Source of the DNA: a candidate division WOR-3 bacterium
GTDB taxonomy: Bacteria; Hydrothermota; Tepidihabitantia; Tepidihabitantales; Tepidihabitantaceae
Length of the DNA stretch: 64,000 nucleotides
NCBI GenBank assembly: GCA_965648905.1
Contig: CBFGIT010000001.1
Span: 128,001-192,000 of the forward strand
Direction of reading: 5' to 3'
Under the pieces are notes generated by a model. It had not been told where the DNA came from and searched no databases. It worked only from the letters and a program-made list of their open reading frames with translations. Below are positions 1-9,025 of this stretch, one piece after another. Each line of letters opens with the position of its first letter. Positions within the stretch are counted from its first letter, which is position 1. A program made the translations under genes and the position numbers.

Positions 1-186
1 CCTTCGCACTTGACCTGTCGGCAGCGTATCGTGTCGCAATATCAATTCCCGGCGGATGGACTGGTACGTAAGCACCGTGTCCTTCTTGTCGTATGCACGC
101 AGGAACGTGCTGATCTGTTCGCACAACGAGTCACTCAGTACACCGAACGAGCTGACCAACACTGCCGACAACATGATAGTGTACAT
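1..186 (-). CDS. Partial hypothetical protein running off the window edge; hydrophobic N-terminus
   Basis: Read by hand: ATG at 186 with GGGAG upstream, open frame to position 1 (MYTIMLSAVLVSSFGVLSDSLCEQ...), same strand as the adjacent operon. Confidence 0.45.
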   Translation of the reverse strand, partial: MYTIMLSAVLVSSFGVLSDSLCEQISTFLRAYDKKDTVLTYQSIRRELILRHDTLPTGQVRR

Positions 187-265
187 ACGTCAGCTAACTC
201 CCTTCTCATGAACCTGCACGTAATAACCAGCAGCACAGCTATCTATAGTCAACGCGTTGCCCGAT

Positions 266-1798
266 CTACTGCTTGACCAGCCTCGCCCCGCCCCAAACCG
301 ACCAGTCCCAGTAATTGTTCTCAACAGTCTCTACGATGAGGTCCATCTGCTGCGCGCCTTCGACGGAGACGGAAACGGTCTTGCGGTCATCCCAGTCCAT
401 GACTCCGCTGTCATAGACCTTCTTGCCGTCGAGCCAGACCTGGAAGATGACGCTGCCGCGGCCACCCGCAAAGTCGCCCGGCACACCACGTCTGGGATTG
501 CCGGCGTCCCATAGTCCGATGTCGCTTTCAAACCGCTTGTACCGCCCGTTCAGTTTCCACCGCAGCCTAGCTGGTGCGTGTGTATGAAGTCCTCGTCGGT
601 AGGTCGTTCCGCAGATGACAATGGGTCGTCCTCTGAAAGCGTCCTTCTCTAGTTCACACTGTTCAACTTCGGCCGGCTGAAGGTCGCTGACGTACACCGT
701 TTCCTCGGGCGGCGGTGGCGGCTTGGTGGCGTGTTCAATATGTCGAAGGATGACCGCATCCAGATAGGTCTCTGCTTTGTGCGTGATCGTCCAGTCTTGG
801 TCATAGACCACAACCGCGGGCGGCTTGACGTCGAGCCTGCGAAGGAAATCCCGTTCGGCAATGGCGTTCTCGAAGCTGATGCCGGCTCCGGCCACGAATC
901 TCCGGGCCTCAACAGTATCGTCCGGATACGCCAGCACGCCGATGACTCTGAGCAGGTCTGAGCGAGTCTGCCGCGCCAACCGGTCAAGGGTTTTCATGTC
1001 CTCCTTCGTGCGCGCGTCGAGCGGGGTCCAGAAGTAGAAAACAGTCCGGGTGGGTAGGACCGGCCGACTTGATACCGAGTTGCGTCCGTCGAGTGCTGGC
1101 AAACGGAACTGCTCAGCAGCGGCTACGGATTTCCTTCTGGCCGGCGTTGGGGCTAACGGCGGGGGCATCCTGCTGCTCCGTACGTCTTCAGCAGACGTGA
1201 ACGGCACGCCAACCGCAAGCCTAGCCGCGGCATAAAGAGTACCAACTACCGGCGAGCCGGACGGCCCTATCAGGAGATATCCGACCTCCAGTCCGGTGAT
1301 GGCAAACAGGTGCAAGGCAGCATACAATGCGTAGTGCTTGCTGCCTTTCATCCCCCAGGCATTGCCCGTAGCCACGAAGGACAGGCTACTGAAATAGCCA
1401 ACCTTCCCAGCCATAATGGTGGTATCGGGATCGCTCAGCGGAAGGAGAAAACGCAACTCTGGCGTGAACAACCCGTAGCTCTCCATAGCCGACGGCCCAC
1501 AGGACCAGCCGTCAGCCACCGTGACACCAACACCAATCCCCGGCATGAGGCGGTTGCTGCCGCCAAGGCCATAGGTGAGTTTTAGGGCCTCGAACCTGCC
1601 CGTGAGTTTGTCAGGGCCAACTGGGAAACCAACCTCAGCGCCAACGAGCTCGAAGTAGTACCACTTGGCCATTAGTGGACTAAGTGATGCTATCAAGGCG
1701 ACAATCGTGCACACTCGGAAGGCCACCGTCTGAATCAACGGACTGCGAAAAGCGAACGATGACCTCGCGGAAACGAAGCTGGTGCCATACGTTTTCAC
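266..1798 (-). CDS. Exported multidomain protein: beta-rich N-terminal region, redoxin-like fold lacking CxxC, C-terminal NPCBM/NEW2 module
   Basis: C-terminal YVSDL...ICGTTYRRGLHTHAPARLRWKLNGRYKRFESDIG...GSVIFQVWLDGKKVYDSG...DWSVWGGARL matches NPCBM. The central TVFYFWTPLD...VIGV...PAVVVYD segment resembles TlpA/AhpC. GTG start overlaps the upstream stop. Confidence 0.75.
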   Translation of the reverse strand: MKTYGTSFVSARSSFAFRSPLIQTVAFRVCTIVALIASLSPLMAKWYYFELVGAEVGFPVGPDKLTGRFEALKLTYGLGGSNRLMPGIGVGVTVADGWSCGPSAMESYGLFTPELRFLLPLSDPDTTIMAGKVGYFSSLSFVATGNAWGMKGSKHYALYAALHLFAITGLEVGYLLIGPSGSPVVGTLYAAARLAVGVPFTSAEDVRSSRMPPPLAPTPARRKSVAAAEQFRLPALDGRNSVSSRPVLPTRTVFYFWTPLDARTKEDMKTLDRLARQTRSDLLRVIGVLAYPDDTVEARRFVAGAGISFENAIAERDFLRRLDVKPPAVVVYDQDWTITHKAETYLDAVILRHIEHATKPPPPPEETVYVSDLQPAEVEQCELEKDAFRGRPIVICGTTYRRGLHTHAPARLRWKLNGRYKRFESDIGLWDAGNPRRGVPGDFAGGRGSVIFQVWLDGKKVYDSGVMDWDDRKTVSVSVEGAQQMDLIVETVENNYWDWSVWGGARLVKQ

Positions 1799-4700
1799 TT
1801 CTTGTGCAGCCGATAGTTGAAGAACTGCTTCCCTTCGGTTACGGTCTCCAGCGCGAGGTGAGATTCGTAACCCTCCTTGGTGAGTACAAACGTATGTTGT
1901 CCGGCAGTCAGGTACGCTTCGGTCGTGGTGTAGCCGTATGACGTGCCGTCAATATGAACCAGCGCACTCTCGGGCTTTGAGTCAATCCGGACCTTCAGTA
2001 ACTGGCTGAGGGCGAAGGATAGTTGCGACGCTCCTGGCTCAACCGTTCTCCGTTCGCCTGATACAGTTGCGTACCCAGGTAGAAACAGGTCAAACCTGTG
2101 CTGGCCTAGCTCCAGATCAACCGTCGTTGGGGTCTTGCCCCAGGGCGTGCCGTCGATCGTAAGACTGGCGCCTTTGGGCTCGGACTCGATGCGCACTGAC
2201 TGCTTGCGGCGCACAGCAGAGGTCTCCTGCGGAGGAAAAAGTGGTGGCTTCGCTGAGCGCTTCTCTTCTGGCAGGGGATTCTTTGGCCTCTCCGTATTCG
2301 TCTCTTTCTCAGCAAATGCGTCCAGCGATACGAGCCCGAACCGACCTTCGCTTCGCCGGAATCTGACGGTACGGCCGCTCACGTCCACCACCTCAATACT
2401 TTCGCCTGGTGTGAGATGCCCATCCGGTCGATTGGTAGCGTAGTCCACAACAGGGGCTGCGCTCAGGACTTTGCGGAACTTGCCGTAAGGAAGAAAGGCG
2501 TCACTGTGAATCCAGCCCTCGCCTTGCGGGGTTCTGACCGAGTACCAGCGCTCGTCGCCGAGTGTTGAATCAACAACCTTGACTGTCGCGCCTGCTGACA
2601 GGGTTGCCTTGATAACGGAGTAGCGGTCCGCGCCTTCGCGCAGGTTCACCGACTCGCGTACGACTGTTTCGGTGCGGCCGCGAAACGCCCCGGCGTAGCA
2701 GTTCCATGCCTGCGGAGCTACACGACCGAGTAGCAAACCGCACAATCCCAACGGCACGAGTACCGCCCAATGCAGGTAGGCGTAGAGGTGCTCCTTAGGG
2801 ATGAGAGTAGTCAGGAGAACTGTGTAGAATGGCACGAGACCAAACAATACCTGAGGAGCTGCAAGAAAGACAAGCCCTGCGCTGAACACCCAGCACATTG
2901 CCTTCCAGAGCCACTGGGCACGCAGGAACAAGCCCAGAAACAAGGCTCCGAGCGCGACCGCAAGCACTGCAATGTCGAAGAGCGACCAGATTACGCCTGA
3001 GGTCGTGGCGAAGTAGGGCAGAAAGGCGAGCCCCGGAAACAAGGCGAGAAGGACAGCGGCCCAACGGTAGTCGGTCGTTGGTGCTGGCTTTGGTTTCCTG
3101 ACCGGTTTGCGTAGGGTTATCTTTCCCCACTTGACACCAGGTTTGACGTAGTCGGCCTTCCAGCCTGGCGGAAACTCCTCCAGCTTGAGCAATTCACGCC
3201 ACCTTTGTCTGAGCTTGTCCAGGTTGTCCAGTGTCGCCCGTTCTTCCTTGGTCATGTCAGCGCGATAGTCCGACGGCGTTAGCGCATCCAGCAAGTTCAG
3301 TGCCTGCTCCTGGACCTGCTTGTTCATGAGGTCCAGTTTCCACTTCGGAGCAAAGCTGGAGAGGTCGTCTGAGCGGTTCTTGACCTTGGTCATGAAGGTC
3401 TGGGCTCTGGCGATGTGCTGCGGTACACGCTCTACTCTTCTGACGAGCTCATTCAGCAAGTTGCCGGTCTCTTTGACAAGGTCGTCCATCTTTTCGTGCG
3501 CCTCGACCTTGGCCTTGCGAAGAACCTTCTCTCCGGCCCGGTATCCAACCTGAACAACCTTGTCAACCGTGAGGTCGGAATCACTGGTGAGTTTGTCTCG
3601 GTTGACAACCTCCACTTCGTGCTTCAACTGGTGCTCGGTAAGACCGCCTTTCGGGTGTATTTCCTGAACACCAAGCTTGTCCAGCCACCCACTCAGAAGC
3701 TCGCCCTGCTTCTCCGTGCGCAGCAGGTCAAACAGGCCAAGGCACTGCTCCGGCTCAGCCATCCCCTTTCGGGCCAGGCCGAGGACAAGGGCAAGGGAAC
3801 CAGCCTTGGCCCCAAGTTTCTCTTCGGTCTCACGTGCCAGCTTCCAGAGCGGCGGTTCATCGAGGGCCAGCTCAACCACGGCCTTCTTCTCCATGTCGGC
3901 GGACGCGAGTCTGAGACCGGGTTCAATCACACGAGCAACCAGGAGCTTGCCCTCCTGCGCGATGAACTCCTTCACGTTCTCCGGTGGTTGGGCGCCGCGG
4001 AACTCGTAGTTACCCAGTTCGGCTGGCGTGATGCTGGTGTCAATTACCGGCTCGACCAGTTCCAACCCGCCAAGACGGGCGATGTCTTCGTAGTCGGCCC
4101 GCTGGAAGCCGGCGCGGATGAGCTCCGCAGCCAGCTCGAAGAACACACGCTGGTCATGGTGTCTGGTCAGGAGCGACTGTACGAGCTGCTCGATCGTCTC
4201 AACGCGCTTCTTGTCGAGCTGGGCTGCCCGGCGGCGCACCGCGGTCCGCACCTTGTCAGCAGCGCTCTTGACCGGAGCGGCGCGGCTGCGCAGAGTCAGC
4301 ACACCGCGGAAAGCATCGTGGAAGCATTCCTTGGACGAAAACACATTGATGTCTGAACGACCGACGCGCTCAAGCACCAGCCCGGCCAGGGTCCTGAGTC
4401 CTTCGGTTCCGGCCCAGTCGCTCAGAATCAGGGTACGACATTGCGCATCGGGGTCAAGGTCTTTGACTGCCTTGGCAAGCGCAGGCAGCGTTGCCTCAAG
4501 CCCAGGGACTTCTGCCGATGCGAAGACAAATGGGCCGCTCCAGCGTTCCTCTCCCTGCAGCGCTGCCTGGAAGTCAGCGAATATCTGGTTCTCGTGCTCG
4601 GGGAATAGACGCAGGTGCTGCTCCAGTTCCTCGCGTTCTGCCTTGAGCCTGTTCCAGATCGCCTGCAAAGACAAGTCCGGCAACTCCTGTTGAGCCGCGA

Positions 4701-5058
4701 TGTCATAGTCCTTGACCACGCCGGCAAGCGCGGAACTGAATCCAATCGTCAGCACCAGAGTTGGCCCGCGCGACTTCTCGGCAAAGGCGTAGTAGACAGC
4801 CAAAAGTCGCGGCATAGGCGCCACCCGCTTGGCCAGCCGTTTGGGCAGGTCTACGCCAGCGAACACTGCAAGTTCCTTGGCTTTCATGACTTCGGGCAGG
4901 TCGACCAAGCTCGCGTTCTTGGGCGGCAACGTCCTCAGGTCGCCTACGCCGGTGCCTACTGCTATCGTGTACGTATCCTTGTCCCGCCACCGGTCAACAA
5001 TCGTCAATGATGCGGGCTTCGGCCGGCTGGCTTGATTCTCAGGTTGACTGGATGGCAT
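1795..5058 (-). CDS. Membrane protein with tandem GrpE-like modules, about 4-5 TM helices, SH3b-like domain(s) and two PEGA domains
   Basis: GrpE-like LGVQEIHP...VDKVVQVGYRAGEKVLRKAKV and VARVIEPGLR. SH3b VNLREG...WYSVRTPQGEGWI. PEGA IESEPKGASLTIDG...GKTP and IDSKPESALVHIDG. Confidence 0.75.
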   Translation of the reverse strand: MPSSQPENQASRPKPASLTIVDRWRDKDTYTIAVGTGVGDLRTLPPKNASLVDLPEVMKAKELAVFAGVDLPKRLAKRVAPMPRLLAVYYAFAEKSRGPTLVLTIGFSSALAGVVKDYDIAAQQELPDLSLQAIWNRLKAEREELEQHLRLFPEHENQIFADFQAALQGEERWSGPFVFASAEVPGLEATLPALAKAVKDLDPDAQCRTLILSDWAGTEGLRTLAGLVLERVGRSDINVFSSKECFHDAFRGVLTLRSRAAPVKSAADKVRTAVRRRAAQLDKKRVETIEQLVQSLLTRHHDQRVFFELAAELIRAGFQRADYEDIARLGGLELVEPVIDTSITPAELGNYEFRGAQPPENVKEFIAQEGKLLVARVIEPGLRLASADMEKKAVVELALDEPPLWKLARETEEKLGAKAGSLALVLGLARKGMAEPEQCLGLFDLLRTEKQGELLSGWLDKLGVQEIHPKGGLTEHQLKHEVEVVNRDKLTSDSDLTVDKVVQVGYRAGEKVLRKAKVEAHEKMDDLVKETGNLLNELVRRVERVPQHIARAQTFMTKVKNRSDDLSSFAPKWKLDLMNKQVQEQALNLLDALTPSDYRADMTKEERATLDNLDKLRQRWRELLKLEEFPPGWKADYVKPGVKWGKITLRKPVRKPKPAPTTDYRWAAVLLALFPGLAFLPYFATTSGVIWSLFDIAVLAVALGALFLGLFLRAQWLWKAMCWVFSAGLVFLAAPQVLFGLVPFYTVLLTTLIPKEHLYAYLHWAVLVPLGLCGLLLGRVAPQAWNCYAGAFRGRTETVVRESVNLREGADRYSVIKATLSAGATVKVVDSTLGDERWYSVRTPQGEGWIHSDAFLPYGKFRKVLSAAPVVDYATNRPDGHLTPGESIEVVDVSGRTVRFRRSEGRFGLVSLDAFAEKETNTERPKNPLPEEKRSAKPPLFPPQETSAVRRKQSVRIESEPKGASLTIDGTPWGKTPTTVDLELGQHRFDLFLPGYATVSGERRTVEPGASQLSFALSQLLKVRIDSKPESALVHIDGTSYGYTTTEAYLTAGQHTFVLTKEGYESHLALETVTEGKQFFNYRLHKK

Positions 5059-5128
5059 TTTCTTGCCCGGTCGGTCTTCGTCCAGTTGTCATGGCTTCTC
5101 GCGCCACCCCGTCCGTTCCCCTTCTGAG

Positions 5129-6322
5129 CTATCCGGTCTGCTCGACAACCACCCTTGGCTTGCGCAGGACCTCGCCAGTAGTGATGATGCGGTAGCCCGG
5201 CCCTTCGACCTCGGCGACTCGCACCTTCTCGCCGTAGCCGACAACGCGCACGATATCCAGGGACGCGCTGTCACCCACGGGGTCGTGCTTACGCGGAGCG
5301 AATTCCTCGACGCCGAGGTTTCGCATCAAACTCCCGCGCTCGGACTTCAGCTCATTGGTGTTCGTCTTGTCAAGGAGGTCGCAGAACGCGATGGGACGAT
5401 GGTAGACGGCAAGCTCGGTTAGTGCCCGGTCGAGCCGGTCAAGTGCGATGCCGAACTGGTTTCTGTCCTCGTCGAGTGTCGTCGGGTTGGTCCGCTCGGC
5501 CTTGCGTGTTAACTGCGCAAGGTTGTCTGCCATCTCCGTGGCGCCAAGGTAGATGCGGTACCTCTGTCCCATGTCAGAATCCCCCGCAGAGCTTGACCTC
5601 AGTTTCCTTACAAGCGCGCTCGTCGCTTGGGCTGTCGCGAGTATCGGGTGTCGAGCCTCGATGTCCTTCAGTGCGTCCCTGGCTCGCTGGGTAAAAGCCT
5701 GCTTTGCTTCCTTGAACCGCGCCGACTCCTGTTCTGACTGCAACTGCCTTATCTGGCCGGCCACCAATTGCGGCATCTTCGACAGCGCCTCGCGGGTCGC
5801 TGCGTCAGCCTGGTCTCGGGCCTTTGTCTGCTCATCGAGTCGCTGCTTCACCTCTGCCACATCATCGTGCAGTTTCTTCAGAGATTGCCTAAGACCCTCG
5901 AAGTCCGAACTTCTCTTATCGACTTCAACGTCTGGCTTCGACGCTTGCTCGCCTCTTCGCAGTATCCGAATTGAGGCTATCAGCAACGCGAGTCCGACAC
6001 CAAGCAGCGCTGTACTGAGCGCCAGGACAACCAGGGCTGTTACTGACACTCGAACCGCAGTACGGTCGGGTTCCTGCTGACCGCTGCTGTCAGGTAGTGC
6101 GGTGTCTGTATCGGGAGCGTGACTGCTCTCCTGCGCGGCAACTGCCGAAACGACGTCCTGTCCTGCGAGACTCCCGCTGTCTTGCTCGCTGGCCGTGCTT
6201 TCTGGCACAGGTTCACCCTTGTCCTGCTGCTGGGACGCGGGGCGTCTGCCCGCGCCGACCGCCAGCAATACAAAGAAGCAGGCTGCAATCATCAGGCCGG
6301 CCCGACTCATGGCAGTCCTCAT
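5129..6322 (-). CDS. Membrane-anchored coiled-coil protein with C-terminal GrpE-like domain
   Basis: Signal-like N-terminus, TM helix (VTALVVLALSTALLGVGLALLIA), coiled coil, C-terminal LGVEEFAP...VAEVEGPGYR...GEVLRKPRVVV. Start overlaps the Hsp70 stop. Confidence 0.7.
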   Translation of the reverse strand: MRTAMSRAGLMIAACFFVLLAVGAGRRPASQQQDKGEPVPESTASEQDSGSLAGQDVVSAVAAQESSHAPDTDTALPDSSGQQEPDRTAVRVSVTALVVLALSTALLGVGLALLIASIRILRRGEQASKPDVEVDKRSSDFEGLRQSLKKLHDDVAEVKQRLDEQTKARDQADAATREALSKMPQLVAGQIRQLQSEQESARFKEAKQAFTQRARDALKDIEARHPILATAQATSALVRKLRSSSAGDSDMGQRYRIYLGATEMADNLAQLTRKAERTNPTTLDEDRNQFGIALDRLDRALTELAVYHRPIAFCDLLDKTNTNELKSERGSLMRNLGVEEFAPRKHDPVGDSASLDIVRVVGYGEKVRVAEVEGPGYRIITTGEVLRKPRVVVEQTG

Positions 6323-8979
6323 CGCGATTTCACCTCCATCTTCTCACGCTTGCCGCCAATCTCGCAATACGCCTCAAGCTCGCCTTTGTCGGTTATCTTC
6401 AGGATGACCGGAATATCCCTGACGTTGGTTGACTGGACATTCTGCTCAAGCTGGTATGTGCGGTACGGGACTGTCTGGGGCTCCTGTCCCAAGGAGAGGT
6501 TCTCCTCCAATCGAAGCTCAAGCCCCGACCTGCTTGCGGCCTTGACAAGTTTGAGACCAGGTTTATCGGACCTGAACTCTTTTCCGTACTCCGCGCCCCA
6601 TGGCACAAGTGCCCTGAACGCCAAAGCGCCGGAGGCATCCCCTGTTGCGGCGCCGAGTCGGCCGACCTGCCGCCACCAGCGCCGCTCGCCCTGCAATTTG
6701 AACTCATCTGACACGCGCGTGTAAATAATCGCGCCCAAGGAAACACACTCCTTCAGGATAGGTCTGCCTGCGGAATCCCGGACGTAGTCAGTGCCCTCCG
6801 CAAACCGCGAGAACACCTGGGGCACTGTCGGCAGCAGAGAAGCCTTGCCGCACAGCAGAAGCCGGTCGGCCTTCTTCAGGTTGCATCTCCCCATGAAGAG
6901 GTCCATCTCCCTTTCGAAGTCCCGCAGGTATTTTCGTGCAATGCCGAGAATGTCGTCGATGGAAGCGTCTAGTTTCATTTGCTTTCCCCGCGCTATGTTC
7001 ACCGGGATTGCGCCCAGCTTCCTGATCTCCTTTATCCAGGTTCTGTATCTTTCGTTCTCTGGAATCGCGTGCAAGCTGCCGAGGCATTCCTCAAGCAGCC
7101 GATCGTCGCGGGGCACCAGAGGGTAGTCCGTCGTGGACTGCTCGCCGGCACCGGGTTTCACCACCTCTGATACCGCCAACTTGACCAGCTCAGGCGCCAC
7201 TGGCTCGAGATCTGGCGGCACGTCTCCCTGCTTCGCGATGTAACGCCCAACTTCAAGAGTCAGGACTGTGCCCCCCAGATTCTGGTCACCCCATGCACCG
7301 ATGACCTCTACCGTCTCTGGGCAACGACTGGTGCTCTCCCCCCGGTTACTCTGTGTTACGCGGAAAAGGGTAACATCAGTTGTGCCGCCGCCAAAGTCCA
7401 TGACCAGCAGAGTATACTCCGACCGAGACTTGATAGACTCGTCTCTGCGAGCACCACTGTAGAGGTAGTAAATGCCGGCTGCGAGCGATTCGTCAACCAC
7501 CTCCGGGTCCGCCACCTCCAGCCCCTTTGCTTGCGCGGCCTTCACGAACACGTCCCTCAGCACTTCGCGCTGATGAAGCGTGAACCTGGTAGGGACAGTG
7601 AACACCAGCCGCGTTGGCCGCGCTTTCAACTGACGTCGTGTGAGACGAAGCAACTCCATCACCGCGTACTGAGCAACGTCCTCGGCAGGTATCTCGCGCT
7701 CTTCGCCCTGCAGCACAAGCTTCTCAACGGCCCCAGTGCCAACCCGCGGCTTCACCGCACGGACGTAGCTCTCCCTGCGCAACCTCCCCAGTCGTGCAGC
7801 CTCCCTGCCGATGTCAAACACATACGGGGGTGTCCGGTCTTGCTTGTAGTCCCTGAAGTAGACGTCGGATATGATGACCGTCTCAGAGTCCTCAAGCACG
7901 AGATTGACCGGCTTCTGGCCATCCCAGCGGGCAACGGCCGATGCGCTCGTACCATAGTCGACAGCCAAGTCGTCCTTATAGACATCGTCCACAATCCGGG
8001 CATTGACTCTGCAGGTAGAAATTCTGGGGGCGTTGGACTTGAACTCGATCGTAACCGGTATACTGCCACGCGCCTTGGCCGTGGTCCGGGCCTCCAGCTT
8101 GACCTCGGCTGAGCCGCCGGCAGGAACCTCGCTCGCGCCAAGCTCGTAGGACCAACTCGCTTCAGGGTTGTCGCACTCCAGGACGACTTGCTCGATACGC
8201 AACGGGTCGTCGCCGACGTTCTGCAGCTTGACTTTAGTGGTACCACGGTCCTCAGGGTGTGTGTCGAAGTACTGAAGCTGACCGTCGGGAAAGACTATCT
8301 CCGGCGGGCGCTTGACTATCGCCTTGAACGTGCCGGTTAGAATCAGACTGCCAGTTCCGCTGCCGCGCGTCAGTGTGAAGCTGACCTTGGCTTCTCCGCG
8401 CTGCCGTGGGTCAACCTGCACGGGCACTTGAGCAGTTCCCTGGGCCAGCTTGACCGGTTGCCTCGGAACCTTGATACTCAGCAGATTCGGCTGGTCTACT
8501 TCTAATTCCAGGTCAGCCTCCAGGGCACAGTCCGAGGTGAAGCTGAGCATTGCCTCGGCTGAACCGAGGTAGACACTGACGTCTTTGACCGTGATGCTGC
8601 GCGGAGCAGGGAAGAGCCATATTTCGGCTTCGTTCAAGACCCCGAGGTCGTCGTAAACTGAGACGAAACACGACCTTGGAAACACCCCCGCCTGTCCCGG
8701 GTCGACAGTAATCTCGACTCTGGTTTCGTGCTGGCCGACGCTGCGATCTTGCCCAGAGATTCGGACCCACTGTTCGTGCTGGAATCTAAGCACCGAGAAA
8801 GCGCCTGGCGAGCGGTCACGAACCTGGAACGACTCGGTAACCGACGTGCGCTTCTCCCGGTCAACGTAGAGGTTGACCGTCTCAAACAACTCGTGCCCGC
8901 AGAGTGAGCAGTACCGGTCGCCGGACAGCGGCTCCCAGTTGCCACACTTGGGGCATCTCTCTTGTGGCGCCGGTCTCAT
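6319..8979 (-). CDS. Hsp70-family protein with N-terminal Zn ribbon and Ig-like domains
   Basis: CPKC...YCSLCG; Ig-like LQNVGDDPLRI; Hsp70 NBD motifs LAVDYGTS, VFTVPTRF, VDESLAAG, VMDFGGGTTDVT, GDQNLGG, VSLGA. Confidence 0.85.
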   Translation of the reverse strand: MRPAPQERCPKCGNWEPLSGDRYCSLCGHELFETVNLYVDREKRTSVTESFQVRDRSPGAFSVLRFQHEQWVRISGQDRSVGQHETRVEITVDPGQAGVFPRSCFVSVYDDLGVLNEAEIWLFPAPRSITVKDVSVYLGSAEAMLSFTSDCALEADLELEVDQPNLLSIKVPRQPVKLAQGTAQVPVQVDPRQRGEAKVSFTLTRGSGTGSLILTGTFKAIVKRPPEIVFPDGQLQYFDTHPEDRGTTKVKLQNVGDDPLRIEQVVLECDNPEASWSYELGASEVPAGGSAEVKLEARTTAKARGSIPVTIEFKSNAPRISTCRVNARIVDDVYKDDLAVDYGTSASAVARWDGQKPVNLVLEDSETVIISDVYFRDYKQDRTPPYVFDIGREAARLGRLRRESYVRAVKPRVGTGAVEKLVLQGEEREIPAEDVAQYAVMELLRLTRRQLKARPTRLVFTVPTRFTLHQREVLRDVFVKAAQAKGLEVADPEVVDESLAAGIYYLYSGARRDESIKSRSEYTLLVMDFGGGTTDVTLFRVTQSNRGESTSRCPETVEVIGAWGDQNLGGTVLTLEVGRYIAKQGDVPPDLEPVAPELVKLAVSEVVKPGAGEQSTTDYPLVPRDDRLLEECLGSLHAIPENERYRTWIKEIRKLGAIPVNIARGKQMKLDASIDDILGIARKYLRDFEREMDLFMGRCNLKKADRLLLCGKASLLPTVPQVFSRFAEGTDYVRDSAGRPILKECVSLGAIIYTRVSDEFKLQGERRWWRQVGRLGAATGDASGALAFRALVPWGAEYGKEFRSDKPGLKLVKAASRSGLELRLEENLSLGQEPQTVPYRTYQLEQNVQSTNVRDIPVILKITDKGELEAYCEIGGKREKMEVKSR

Positions 8980-9025
8980 GCGGGTCTTCTCCTAGTATCG
9001 TACGCCGCTGCCCGCGGACGTCATG

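Noticed and set aside
3415..4356. Long antisense ORFs (also 13097-14224, 16092-17033, 33609-34634, 50254-51204, 61125-62189)
   Set aside because: Shadows of well-supported genes in GC-rich DNA, with no recognisable motifs.
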